The notes beneath the pieces are model-generated. The model was not told the DNA's origin. It ran no database searches and saw only the letters and a program-made list of their open reading frames with translations. The position numbers were made by a program, and so were the translations under genes. Of a stretch of DNA of 64,000 bases, positions 10,419 through 20,233 are shown one piece after another. This DNA comes from Bacteroidota bacterium (GTDB lineage Bacteria > Bacteroidota > Bacteroidia > Chitinophagales > Chitinophagaceae): positions 42,259 to 106,258 of the forward strand of contig CANGQJ010000006.1 of the NCBI GenBank assembly GCA_947456625.1. The letters run 5' to 3'. How positions within the stretch are numbered: position 1 is the first letter of the stretch; each line of letters opens with the position of its first letter.

Positions 10419-13400
10419 ATGAACAAAAAAACATGCGGAAAGTATTTATCAATACTATTTCTGTTTCTCTTCTCCTCATTCTCTATGTATGCCCAAGGCA
10501 TTCAAGTAACGGGTAAAGTTAGTGATGACGCTGGTAAACCATTAGAAGGTGCAACTGTAACCGAAAAAGGAACCAACAAGTCTACACTTACCGACGCTAA
10601 GGGTACATTTAAATTGTCAGTTTCTAGCGCTAAAGCTAAATTGACCTTTTCTTTTGTTGGTTATGATCAACAAGAGGGCGCTGTAAACGGTGCATCACCA
10701 GTATCTATTGTATTAAAAGCAACAAACGAAAGCTTAAACGAAGTAGTAGTTGTTGGTTACAATACAGTTAAAAGAAAAGATGTAACCGGTTCGGTTGCTG
10801 GTATTAACCAAAACGACATTAAATCTCGTCCAGTTGCAAATGCGGTAGAAGCAATGCAAGGTAAGGTTGCCGGTGTGGATATCTCATCCAACGAGCGCCC
10901 TGGTCAAGTTGGAAGTATCACCATTCGTGGTGTACGTTCTTTAACTGCATCTAACTCTCCACTTTATGTTGTGGATGGTATTCCATTAATTACTGGAGGT
11001 ATTGATTACTTAAATCCTAACGACATTGAAACCATCGACGTTTTAAAAGACGCGTCTGCTACAGCGATTTATGGTTCTCGTGGTGCGAACGGTGTAATTA
11101 TCATTACTACTAAACAAGGTAAAACTGGAAAAGTAACATTAAGCTTAAGTACATCGGTTAAGGTTGATAATTTAGTTGATAACATGGAAATGTTTAACTC
11201 AGCTGATTATATTAATTATAAAAGATGGGCTTATTACTATACAGGTTTAAATAACAAAACAGGTATTAGCACCAACCCAAGAGGTGATCAACCTACACTT
11301 GCAAATGATAGAACTTTATTTGCTGCAACTGCCGATCCTACCGCTTGGAGTAACATTGCTAAAGGTTGGGCTTCTGGTACTTGGAACGGCGCATTGGTTG
11401 GTAATACCGACTGGAGAGGTTTAGTAACTCAACAAAATATTACTACCGATCACGTATTAAGCGTTAGCGGTGGTACAGATAAAATTAAAGGATATGCTTC
11501 TTTTGGTTTCTTAGATAATGCAGGTTCTATTAAAGGACAATCTTATCAAAGATATTCTGCTAAAGCTAGTGTTGACATTACTCCTACTAAATGGTTAACA
11601 TTTGGTAACAATATCTCTGCAACTTATAGCAGACAAGAGTATGGTCAAAATGGTGCAGGTTTAAGTACCATTGGTTCACCTGCTAGTGGATTATATGAAT
11701 CTGCAAGAGGTATTTATCCTTATGCTTTACCTTATGATTCAGCTGGTAACAGAATTTTATTCCCAGGTGGTGACAATGCCGTTAAGAGCATTGTTGACGA
11801 ATGGAAATATTCTAGAGATCAAAGAACAACTTTACGTGCTTTTGGTAGCATTTACACACAAGTAAATATTGGAAATTTAATTCCGTTTTTACAAGGTTTA
11901 AAATACCGTTTAAATTTTGGTCCAGATATCTCTTTCTATCAAGATGGAATTTATTTAGATGCTAACTCGGTACAAAATGGTGGTAGCACTAGTTATGCTT
12001 CATTAGCTAAGAATACCAATTTCTCTTATACTTTGGATAACTTACTTTACTACGATAAAACAATAGGTGACCACACTTTAGGGGTAACTTTATTGGCAAG
12101 TCAAACTGCATATGACAAACAAACTAGTCTTATCACAGGTAACGGTGTTCCTTTACAATCTCAATTGTGGAATGCATTAACAAGTGGTACCGTAACTGGT
12201 CAATTAACTTCTGCATCAGACTTAATTCAACAACAATTAATGTCTTATATGGCTAGATTAAACTATAGCTATAAAGAAAAATATGTGTTGACAATGTCTG
12301 TGCGTAACGACGGTGCTTCTCAATTAGCAGAAGGCCACAAATTCTCAATGTTCCCTTCGGCTGCATTGGCTTGGAGAATTAACAAAGAGAAATTCTTTAA
12401 AGTGGATGCGGTGGATGACTTGAAATTAAGAATTGGTGCGGGTATTACAGGTAACTCTGCAATTGCTCCTTATTCTACTCAAGGTTCTGTAAGTGCATTG
12501 TTTTATCCATATGGTGGATCAAACGCTGCAGGTTCTATTCCAAACGCTACTTTAGCTAACTTAAATTTAGGTTGGGAAAAAACAACACAATTTAACGCAG
12601 GTATCGACTTCTCTTTATTCAAAAGAAGAGTAACTGGATCTATCGATGCATATACATCTGAAACTACAGATTTATTAATGCAAAGATCTATTCCAACAGT
12701 AACTGGTTTCACAACTACCTTTGCGAATATTGGTCAAACTGCTAACCAAGGTATTGATATCAGTATCACTACTCAAAACATTAAAACTAAGGACTTATTA
12801 TGGTCAACAACTTTTAATGCAGGATGGCAAAAAGAGCATATTGTTTCTTTATCTAATGGTAAGCAAGATGACATCAATAACAACTGGTTCATTAACCAAC
12901 CAATTGGTGTGATTTATGGTTACAAAGCTTTAGGTTTATGGCAAGCAAGTGATTCTTCTACATTTAATCAATTTACTTCTAACTCATTCTCTGCTGGTAG
13001 CGTAAGAGTTGCCGACTTAAATGGTGACAAGAAGATTGATCCAAACAACGACCGTACAATTATTGGTTGGACAAGACCACGTTGGGTATTGGGTTTAACC
13101 AACGCAGTAACTTATAAAAACTGGGATTTATCTGTATTTATTTACTCTAGATTAGACTTCTTATACAATACAGGTGGTGAAGGTCAAGCAGCACGTACAA
13201 TGCAAAGAGCAATTGATTACTATACTCCATTGAACACAGGAGCATACTATCAAAAACCAATCTTTAACGCAGGTGGTGCTACTAGCGATCCTTATTACCA
13301 AGCTTTAGGATATCAAGATGGTTCATTTGTTAAAGTTAGAAATATCAATCTTGGCTATACATTTAGTTCTAAGTCAATGAGTAAAGCTGGACTTTCAAGC

Positions 13401-13526
13401 TTGAAAGCATATGTTCAGGTATCTAATCCTGGTATGTTATACTCTAAGATCAAATACCTAGATATGGATGTTCAAGGACCAACTTGGAACAAAGGATTTA
13501 CACTTGGAATTAATGCAACATTTTAA
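10419..13526 (+). CDS. SusC/RagA family TonB-dependent outer membrane transporter
   Basis: N-terminal carboxypeptidase-like domain, plug motif DVLKDASATAIYGSRGANGVIIITTK, LGWEKT motif, C-terminal Phe. Confidence 0.97.
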   Translation: MNKKTCGKYLSILFLFLFSSFSMYAQGIQVTGKVSDDAGKPLEGATVTEKGTNKSTLTDAKGTFKLSVSSAKAKLTFSFVGYDQQEGAVNGASPVSIVLKATNESLNEVVVVGYNTVKRKDVTGSVAGINQNDIKSRPVANAVEAMQGKVAGVDISSNERPGQVGSITIRGVRSLTASNSPLYVVDGIPLITGGIDYLNPNDIETIDVLKDASATAIYGSRGANGVIIITTKQGKTGKVTLSLSTSVKVDNLVDNMEMFNSADYINYKRWAYYYTGLNNKTGISTNPRGDQPTLANDRTLFAATADPTAWSNIAKGWASGTWNGALVGNTDWRGLVTQQNITTDHVLSVSGGTDKIKGYASFGFLDNAGSIKGQSYQRYSAKASVDITPTKWLTFGNNISATYSRQEYGQNGAGLSTIGSPASGLYESARGIYPYALPYDSAGNRILFPGGDNAVKSIVDEWKYSRDQRTTLRAFGSIYTQVNIGNLIPFLQGLKYRLNFGPDISFYQDGIYLDANSVQNGGSTSYASLAKNTNFSYTLDNLLYYDKTIGDHTLGVTLLASQTAYDKQTSLITGNGVPLQSQLWNALTSGTVTGQLTSASDLIQQQLMSYMARLNYSYKEKYVLTMSVRNDGASQLAEGHKFSMFPSAALAWRINKEKFFKVDAVDDLKLRIGAGITGNSAIAPYSTQGSVSALFYPYGGSNAAGSIPNATLANLNLGWEKTTQFNAGIDFSLFKRRVTGSIDAYTSETTDLLMQRSIPTVTGFTTTFANIGQTANQGIDISITTQNIKTKDLLWSTTFNAGWQKEHIVSLSNGKQDDINNNWFINQPIGVIYGYKALGLWQASDSSTFNQFTSNSFSAGSVRVADLNGDKKIDPNNDRTIIGWTRPRWVLGLTNAVTYKNWDLSVFIYSRLDFLYNTGGEGQAARTMQRAIDYYTPLNTGAYYQKPIFNAGGATSDPYYQALGYQDGSFVKVRNINLGYTFSSKSMSKAGLSSLKAYVQVSNPGMLYSKIKYLDMDVQGPTWNKGFTLGINATF

Positions 13527-13546
13527 TAATAATAACTTTAAATAAT

Positions 13547-15547
13547 ATGAGAAATCGTTTTTTGAATAAACTTTTAATTGTTGCGGCGGTATTTTTTACT
13601 TCGTCTTGCAATAAGGATTTTTTAAATGAGACGCTTACAACAGCAAGGACTACCGACTTCTTTACAACAGATGCAGGTATCCAGCAGTTATCTGTAGGTG
13701 CTCAATATCAAGTTTTAGATGTTCCTTTTAACGGAGAGTGGAATTATAGTGCAACACAATATGGAACAGATGAGTTTCATATTGGTGGTGACCCTTCTAA
13801 CTCACCTTGGAATAACTACGATGCGACATTTGGTCCAACCGTAATTGCGTCAAATGGTAACACCGCTTTATCTAACTATCAATGGGATGCATTGTATACA
13901 GGTATTGGTGATGCCAACTTGTTAATTGCAAATGCAATTAAGAGTACATCTACTTCTACTGCAATTAAAAATACAGCATTAGGGGAAGGATACTTTTTAC
14001 GTGCTTATAACTATTTTAGATTAGTAAGCCAATACGGTGGAGTGCCATTACAATTAACTCCAATTAATACGGTACAAACCGAATTTAAACGTGCAACTGC
14101 AAAAGAAGTATTTGCACAAGTAATTTCTGACTTTACCAATGCAGCAAAATTATTGCCAACTACAGGTAGTCCATCAAAAATTACGCAGGATGCTGCAAAT
14201 CACTTTTTAGCTAAAGCTTTATTAAGCAGAGCTAGTGAAATTAACAGTTCTTGGAACTCAGACACTAAAGCTGCGGATTTAGCTGCTATTGCTCCTTTAT
14301 GTGATGCAATAATTGCAAAGCACCCATTAGCTTCTGATTTTGGTGCATTATGGAACTTCACTGCACAAAACTCAGCAAACGAAAGTTTACCTGAATTAAT
14401 TTTATCTGCTCAGTTTACAAACGACGTAAACACATTACAAGGTAATGGTAACACACAACACTTGTATTTTGTTTCAAGATATGACGTACAAGACCAAATG
14501 GCGCGTGACTTAACTGGTGACCGTCCATTTAGTAGATTGGCAACAACTTACTACGATTACCGTATCTATGATTTAGTAAACGATTCTCGTTTTTGGAAAT
14601 CATACAGAACTAAGAGCGCAATTAATGCTGCTAAACCAGTGAGCCCTAACGTTCAAGGTGACTTAGGTATCATGTTTGTAATTAACCAACCTGGTGACAC
14701 TCGTTTTAGCTTAACTAAAATTAGTAAGAGTACTGCTGGTGCAAACTTAATTGCAGATACACGTGGTACAGGTAGAGTAATTCCTACAACTTATGTAGCT
14801 TATCCAAATGGTAGAACTACCGACGGAGCGCTTTATACCGACGTAACAACTGCTGGTCAAGGTTTCCCTTCTTTAAGCAAACATATTGATGGTTCTAGAA
14901 ACTCATTAAACGATGTTGTTGGACATAGAGACTTTATCTTAGCAAGATCGGCTGAAACTTATTTAATTGCTGCTGAAGCAAAAATTAGATTAGCACAAGC
15001 TGGAACTGGTAGCTACGCCGATGCATTACCTTATATCAATGCAGTAAGAGCTCGTGCTCAATTTGCAAGTGGTGAAGCAAGAGATAAGTATTGGGATGGC
15101 GGTAACACATTGTTATCTGCTTCATTACAATCTCCAGGTATTAGCAACTCATTTTTTGCAAAGAACTCTTATTATGAGTCTACAAATATTGCAACTACAA
15201 CGGCTGCTGCAAGTAGCTTAGCTATCACTAGTGTTTCAAGCTTACCTGCTGGAGATGAGAGCGTTATTAGCACTTTAGGTTTAACAAGCACTTATGACAG
15301 AATGTTAGCTTTAGTTTTAAACGAACGTTCTCGTGAGTTAGCAGGTGAATTTAAGCGTTGGGAGGATTTATCTAGAACACTTACTTTAGTTTCTAGAGTT
15401 AAAGCTTTCAACCTTGAAGGTGCTGCTGCTATTAAAGATTTCCATACCCTTCGCCCAATACCTCAAACTTTCTTAGATGGTATCCAAGCTGCTGGTGTAA
15501 GTTTATCTTCAACTCAAAAGCAAGCAATGCAGAACCCTGGTTATTAA
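13547..15547 (+). CDS. SusD/RagB family glycan-binding lipoprotein
   Basis: Lipobox (TSSC); GEGYFLRAYNYFRLV..YGGVP, ERSRELAGE..RWEDL and C-terminal QNPGY motifs; follows SusC. Confidence 0.95.
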   Translation: MRNRFLNKLLIVAAVFFTSSCNKDFLNETLTTARTTDFFTTDAGIQQLSVGAQYQVLDVPFNGEWNYSATQYGTDEFHIGGDPSNSPWNNYDATFGPTVIASNGNTALSNYQWDALYTGIGDANLLIANAIKSTSTSTAIKNTALGEGYFLRAYNYFRLVSQYGGVPLQLTPINTVQTEFKRATAKEVFAQVISDFTNAAKLLPTTGSPSKITQDAANHFLAKALLSRASEINSSWNSDTKAADLAAIAPLCDAIIAKHPLASDFGALWNFTAQNSANESLPELILSAQFTNDVNTLQGNGNTQHLYFVSRYDVQDQMARDLTGDRPFSRLATTYYDYRIYDLVNDSRFWKSYRTKSAINAAKPVSPNVQGDLGIMFVINQPGDTRFSLTKISKSTAGANLIADTRGTGRVIPTTYVAYPNGRTTDGALYTDVTTAGQGFPSLSKHIDGSRNSLNDVVGHRDFILARSAETYLIAAEAKIRLAQAGTGSYADALPYINAVRARAQFASGEARDKYWDGGNTLLSASLQSPGISNSFFAKNSYYESTNIATTTAAASSLAITSVSSLPAGDESVISTLGLTSTYDRMLALVLNERSRELAGEFKRWEDLSRTLTLVSRVKAFNLEGAAAIKDFHTLRPIPQTFLDGIQAAGVSLSSTQKQAMQNPGY

Positions 15548-15570
15548 TATATAACATTTAGGTTTTATAT

Positions 15571-15608
15571 AAAAAATACGCAACAGTTTCTGTTGCGTAT
15601 TTTTTTTT
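15571..15608 (+). terminator. Intrinsic terminator after susD
   Basis: AAAAAATACGCAACAG-TTT-CTGTTGCGTATTTTTTTTT hairpin with T tract. Confidence 0.9.
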
Positions 15609-15649
15609 GAACGGTAGGGGAATGTGTGGAATTTTCTATAAATTCATGA

Positions 15650-16807
15650 ATGAAAAATTTTGACCAACACCGACGTTCGTTTCTGAAAAATGCAACAAAG
15701 GCTTCGGGTGCCATGATGATGATGCCTCTTTTTGCAGGTGCAAAGCAAGTAAAGTCTGCAGCCTTTCAGCAAACTACTCCAGTAGCTGCTAACCGCATTA
15801 AATTTGCGGTCATAAATATTAACCACAATCATATTTTTGGAATGATCAACGCCGTTACTAAAGGCGGTGGCGAACTGGTTGGAGTATATGCCAAAGAGCC
15901 TGAACTTTTAGCCGATTTTACAAAACGTTATCCAAATTGTCCCGTTGCAAAAGACGAAAAATCTCTTTTAGAAGATAATAGTATTCATCTTATTTTATCA
16001 TCGGGTATTCCAGATGAGCGTGCATCCCTTGGTATTCGTGCCATGCAGCATGGTAAGGATTATTTAACCGATAAGCCTGGCATTATTACATTGGAGGAGC
16101 TAGCACAAGTAAGAAAAGTACAACAACAAACAAAACGCATATACATGATTATGTATAGTGAGCGTTTAGAAAATAAAGCAACTACAAAGGCGGGTGATTT
16201 AATTAAACAAGGTGCAATAGGACAGGTAATACAAACTGTTAATTTAGCCCCACACAGAATAAATAATGGAATTAGGCCCAATTGGTTTTACGATAAAAAA
16301 AGATATGGAGGTATTATAACCGATATTGGATCACATCAGTTTGATCAGTATTTATATTTTACAGGAACAAATCAAGCACAAGTATTAATGTCTCAAATTG
16401 GGAATGTGTATCATCCGCAATACCCACAATTTGAGGATTTTGGGGACATTATGCTAAGCGGTAATGGTGGTGCGGGTTACATACGCGTAGATTGGTTCAC
16501 ACCTAATGGTTTAGATACCTGGGGTGATGGCAGGTTAACTATTTTAGGAACTGAAGGATATATTGAGGTAAGAAAAAATACAGATATACTTTCGGGTCAT
16601 AAAGGAGGAAATCATTTGTATATGGCCAATAATAAAGAAATGATTTATATGGATTGTAATAACGAAGAACTTCCATTTGGTCGTTTATTTGTAGACGATA
16701 TCATTAATAGAACACAAACTGCAATGCCTCAAGAACATTGTTTATTAGCAACCGAGCTTGCCCTTATTGCACAAAAAAATGCTAAACCACTTATCATTAA
16801 AAAATAG
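15650..16807 (+). CDS. Gfo/Idh/MocA family oxidoreductase, Tat signal
   Basis: RRSFLK twin-arginine motif; DKP motif; GGIITDIGSHQFD. Confidence 0.88.
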   Translation: MKNFDQHRRSFLKNATKASGAMMMMPLFAGAKQVKSAAFQQTTPVAANRIKFAVININHNHIFGMINAVTKGGGELVGVYAKEPELLADFTKRYPNCPVAKDEKSLLEDNSIHLILSSGIPDERASLGIRAMQHGKDYLTDKPGIITLEELAQVRKVQQQTKRIYMIMYSERLENKATTKAGDLIKQGAIGQVIQTVNLAPHRINNGIRPNWFYDKKRYGGIITDIGSHQFDQYLYFTGTNQAQVLMSQIGNVYHPQYPQFEDFGDIMLSGNGGAGYIRVDWFTPNGLDTWGDGRLTILGTEGYIEVRKNTDILSGHKGGNHLYMANNKEMIYMDCNNEELPFGRLFVDDIINRTQTAMPQEHCLLATELALIAQKNAKPLIIKK

Positions 16808-16810
16808 TGT

Positions 16811-18259
16811 ATGAAAAAACAAACACAAAAAAATGTAGACCGAAGAAATTTTATCGGATCAACTATTAAAGCGTCATTAGGTACTGCCATTGCTGTAAAC
16901 TTTCCAACTATTGTGCCCGCACGTGTACTTGGTAAATTTGCCCCTAGTAATATTATAAATGTAGCTTCTATTGGTTGTGGTCGTATTTCAACTTCTCATG
17001 ACATGACTGGTGTTTCGCGTTTTGCAGGTGCAAGAATAATGGCAGTTTGTGATGTGGATCGTGACAGAGCTAATGCAGGCCCTGCAGCAGTTAAACTAAA
17101 TTATGAAAAGCAGGCTGCGTTTAATGGAGGCTTAAAAGCCAACTGGGATATTAAAGTATATTATGATTATAAGGAGCTACTAAATAATAAAGATATTGAT
17201 GCGGTACATATTAGTTTGCCCGATCACCAACATGCTATTGTAGGGGTGCATGCCGTAAATGCAGGTAAGGATGTGTATTTGCAAAAACCAGCCTCACTTA
17301 CTATTGAAGAAGGAAGAATTTTAAGTAATGCAGTTAAAAAAACAGGACGTCTTTTTCAAGTAGGAAGTCAACAAAGAGGTAATGATCCTTGGCCTCAATT
17401 TAAAAAAGCTTGTGAACTTGTTCGTAACGGAAGAATAGGACAATTAAAAACTGTAGAAGTAGGACTTCCAGGTGATCCAGGCGGCGGCAATAAAATACAA
17501 ATGCCAGTCCCTAAAAATTTAGATTTTGATGCATGGTTAGGAGCAACTCCAGAAACTTATTATACCGAGGACCGTGTGCATTCACAAGATACTTCTGTAA
17601 AAGGAATTGGCTCCCGACCAGGTTGGTTAAGAATGGAACAGTTTGGTGCAGGTATGATTACAGGTTGGGGCGCACATCATATTGACATTGCACATTGGGG
17701 AATGGATATGGAACATTCAGGTCCTATTGAAATTTGGGGACACGCTAATTTCCCGCATGACGATAAAAATTACAATGGCCTTTGGGATGTGCATGGTATT
17801 TTTAAAACAGAAGCTTTGTATGCGAATGGTGTTAACATGATTGTTTCCAATGAATTACCAAATGGGGTTAAATTTATTGGAACCGAAGGTTGGATATGGG
17901 TGACCAGAGGCAACTACCGCGTAACCGATACCGATCCAGTAGGAGATAGCAATGGCGTTAAACCAATTGATGCAAGTAATCCTAAAATTTTACAATCTGT
18001 TATTGGTGCTAATGAAGTGCATTTGTATGAAAGCCACGAGCAGCATGTGAATTGGCTAGAGGCAATTAAAAATGGCACGCCACTTGCAGCACCTATTGAA
18101 GTGGGTCACCGCTCTTGTAGTGCTTGTTTACTGCACCATATTGCTATGAAATTAAATCGCAAAATTTATTGGGATCCGGCTAAAGAAGCATTTAAAAATA
18201 ACGATTCCGAAGCAACGGCTATGTTGTCTCGCCCAAGAAGAAAAAAATATGATTTCTAA
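16811..18259 (+). CDS. Gfo/Idh/MocA family oxidoreductase, Tat signal
   Basis: RRNFI; IGCG; PDHQH; QKP; QVGSQQR; WGAHHID. Confidence 0.9.
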   Translation: MKKQTQKNVDRRNFIGSTIKASLGTAIAVNFPTIVPARVLGKFAPSNIINVASIGCGRISTSHDMTGVSRFAGARIMAVCDVDRDRANAGPAAVKLNYEKQAAFNGGLKANWDIKVYYDYKELLNNKDIDAVHISLPDHQHAIVGVHAVNAGKDVYLQKPASLTIEEGRILSNAVKKTGRLFQVGSQQRGNDPWPQFKKACELVRNGRIGQLKTVEVGLPGDPGGGNKIQMPVPKNLDFDAWLGATPETYYTEDRVHSQDTSVKGIGSRPGWLRMEQFGAGMITGWGAHHIDIAHWGMDMEHSGPIEIWGHANFPHDDKNYNGLWDVHGIFKTEALYANGVNMIVSNELPNGVKFIGTEGWIWVTRGNYRVTDTDPVGDSNGVKPIDASNPKILQSVIGANEVHLYESHEQHVNWLEAIKNGTPLAAPIEVGHRSCSACLLHHIAMKLNRKIYWDPAKEAFKNNDSEATAMLSRPRRKKYDF

Positions 18260-18272
18260 AATATATTTAACA

Positions 18273-19631
18273 ATGCGCAAGTTTTTTATTTCGTTTTTAC
18301 TATTGTCTATTCCTGCATTTATGTTTGCACAAAAAAGTAAGTTGTATACCATTGCTACTTTGGATCCAGGACATTTTCATGCGGCACTTGTACAAAAAAC
18401 CATGTACCCCAATGTGGCCAAGGAAGTTTATGTATATGCAAAACCTAGTGCAGACTTAGACATGCATTTAAAACGCATCACCGACTATAATAACCGAAAA
18501 GAAAACCCTACCAATTGGAAAGAGGTATTGTATACGGGCGATGACTTTTTTAAAAAATTAATTTCGGATAAAAATGCAAACCTAGTAATGCTTTCGGGCA
18601 ACAACGAGTTAAAGTCGGAATATATTTTAACTGCATTACAAAACGGTTTAAACGTAATTGCGGATAAGCCTATGGCCATTGATGCCAAAGGATTTGAGAA
18701 AATTAAAAAATCCTTTGTAGTGGCTAAGCAAAATAAGTTACAGCTATATGATATTATGACAGAGCGTTTTGAAATTACCTCTATTTTACAAAGGTTACTT
18801 GCACAAGAAGCTAGCGTTTTTGGAACATTAGAAAAAGGAACCAAGGAACATCCAGCCATTGAAAAGAAAAATGTACACATGCTGTACAAAACAGTTTCAG
18901 GAAATGTATTAACTAGGCCAGAGTGGTTTATGGATATTACCAAACAAGGGGAAGGCATTGCCGATGTAATGACCCATGTAGTGGATTTAGTTCAATGGGT
19001 ATGTTTTCCCAATCAAGTGATTGATTATAAAAAGGACATTAAAATTTTAGACGCCAATCATTGGCCAACTAATTTAACATTAAGTCAGTTTAGTGCGTTA
19101 ACTCATGCTACGGCATTTCCTAGTTACTTGCAAAAGCAAATTATTAAAGATTCTATTTTACCCTATTATTGTAATGGTGAAATATTGTATCAATTAAAAG
19201 GCGTGTATGTAAAAACAACCACGCTTTGGAATTACAAATCGGAGTATAATGCAGGCGATATGTACTCCTCTTATATGCGTGGGACTAAGGCTAGTTTAAA
19301 AATACAACAAGGGCCTAATGAGGCTTTTAAGCCAGTTTTATACATTATACCTAATAGCAATGATACAGGTTTTGAAAAAGCTTTAAATGAAATTATTGCC
19401 AAATTGCAAACCGAGTTTTTGGGTGTAGGTATTGAAAAAACCAATGAAGGATATAAAGTAACCGTACCAACTAAATACAGCGAAAACCATGAAGAACATT
19501 TTGGAAGAGTGGTGCAATTTTATTTAGGTTATTTGGATCACAACAATATGCCTAATTGGGAAGTGCCCAATATGATTGCAAAATATTATACTACCACTTC
19601 GGCATTAACGCTTGCTCAAAGCAAAAAATAA
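18273..19631 (+). CDS. Secreted putative oxidoreductase (Gfo/Idh/MocA-related, 'oxidoreductase C-terminal domain' type)
   Basis: LDPGHFHAALVQK, ADKPM, YDIMTER and HEEHF motifs; Sec-type signal from the ATG at 18273 (ORF track starts 18249). Confidence 0.7.
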   Translation: MRKFFISFLLLSIPAFMFAQKSKLYTIATLDPGHFHAALVQKTMYPNVAKEVYVYAKPSADLDMHLKRITDYNNRKENPTNWKEVLYTGDDFFKKLISDKNANLVMLSGNNELKSEYILTALQNGLNVIADKPMAIDAKGFEKIKKSFVVAKQNKLQLYDIMTERFEITSILQRLLAQEASVFGTLEKGTKEHPAIEKKNVHMLYKTVSGNVLTRPEWFMDITKQGEGIADVMTHVVDLVQWVCFPNQVIDYKKDIKILDANHWPTNLTLSQFSALTHATAFPSYLQKQIIKDSILPYYCNGEILYQLKGVYVKTTTLWNYKSEYNAGDMYSSYMRGTKASLKIQQGPNEAFKPVLYIIPNSNDTGFEKALNEIIAKLQTEFLGVGIEKTNEGYKVTVPTKYSENHEEHFGRVVQFYLGYLDHNNMPNWEVPNMIAKYYTTTSALTLAQSKK

Positions 19632-19633
19632 AA

Positions 19634-20230
19634 TTAAGACTCTGTCCAGTTAGGTTGGTTATGATAAGGCATACAAGCCTCGTATTTGCCAGGGATAGGA
19701 TCATAAGCTAAATAGTTTTTACCTATTTTTTCACTGGTAAAATAAGCCATCAGTGTTAAGTTTTTAATTTTTCTATAAAAACTTAATGGTGCTGGGTTTT
19801 CCTCCATTGGCTTGCCCCACATTGTCATTGCTGTAGTTGCAGATGACTTATCTAATGTTAAAAGTATTTGTTCTCTTTGCTTGGTATCACATTGCTCAAA
19901 GTCCTTGCCATATTGTTTATTGGCATTGGTATTAATTTCTGCAATTCCATTTTTATAAAATAGTTGCTCTTTTTCACCCAATAAATTTTTTGCAAGTGCG
20001 TCTATAAACTGAGGTACTCCAATATCGTTAGCACCTGGTGTTTTGGTAGTAGGACAAATGGTATTAGTGATGGCCGATAAAGTGCTTGCCTCCGTTTTAG
20101 AAAAAAAAGTAGGTGTCCAAGGTAAATTTCCTTTTTGCTCACAGGATACCATTAAATCAATTACGGTACCTGATACCAAAGCATATCCTAAAAAACGAGT
20201 TGACTGTTGTATGTATTCTCTGCGGTTCAT
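19634..20230 (-). CDS. Gluconate 2-dehydrogenase subunit 3 family protein (Tat-exported partner of the GMC enzyme)
   Basis: MNRRE Tat motif; TPGANDIGVPQFID; YFTSEKIG..YDPIPG; adjacent to a GMC oxidoreductase. Confidence 0.85.
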   Translation of the reverse strand: MNRREYIQQSTRFLGYALVSGTVIDLMVSCEQKGNLPWTPTFFSKTEASTLSAITNTICPTTKTPGANDIGVPQFIDALAKNLLGEKEQLFYKNGIAEINTNANKQYGKDFEQCDTKQREQILLTLDKSSATTAMTMWGKPMEENPAPLSFYRKIKNLTLMAYFTSEKIGKNYLAYDPIPGKYEACMPYHNQPNWTES

Positions 20231-20233
20231 GAA

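Noticed and set aside
10419-15547. Distinct codon usage of susC/susD as a sign of horizontal transfer
   Set aside because: The preference for GGT/AAC/TCT/GCT also appears in korB and the 34620 oxidoreductase, and is better explained by high expression.
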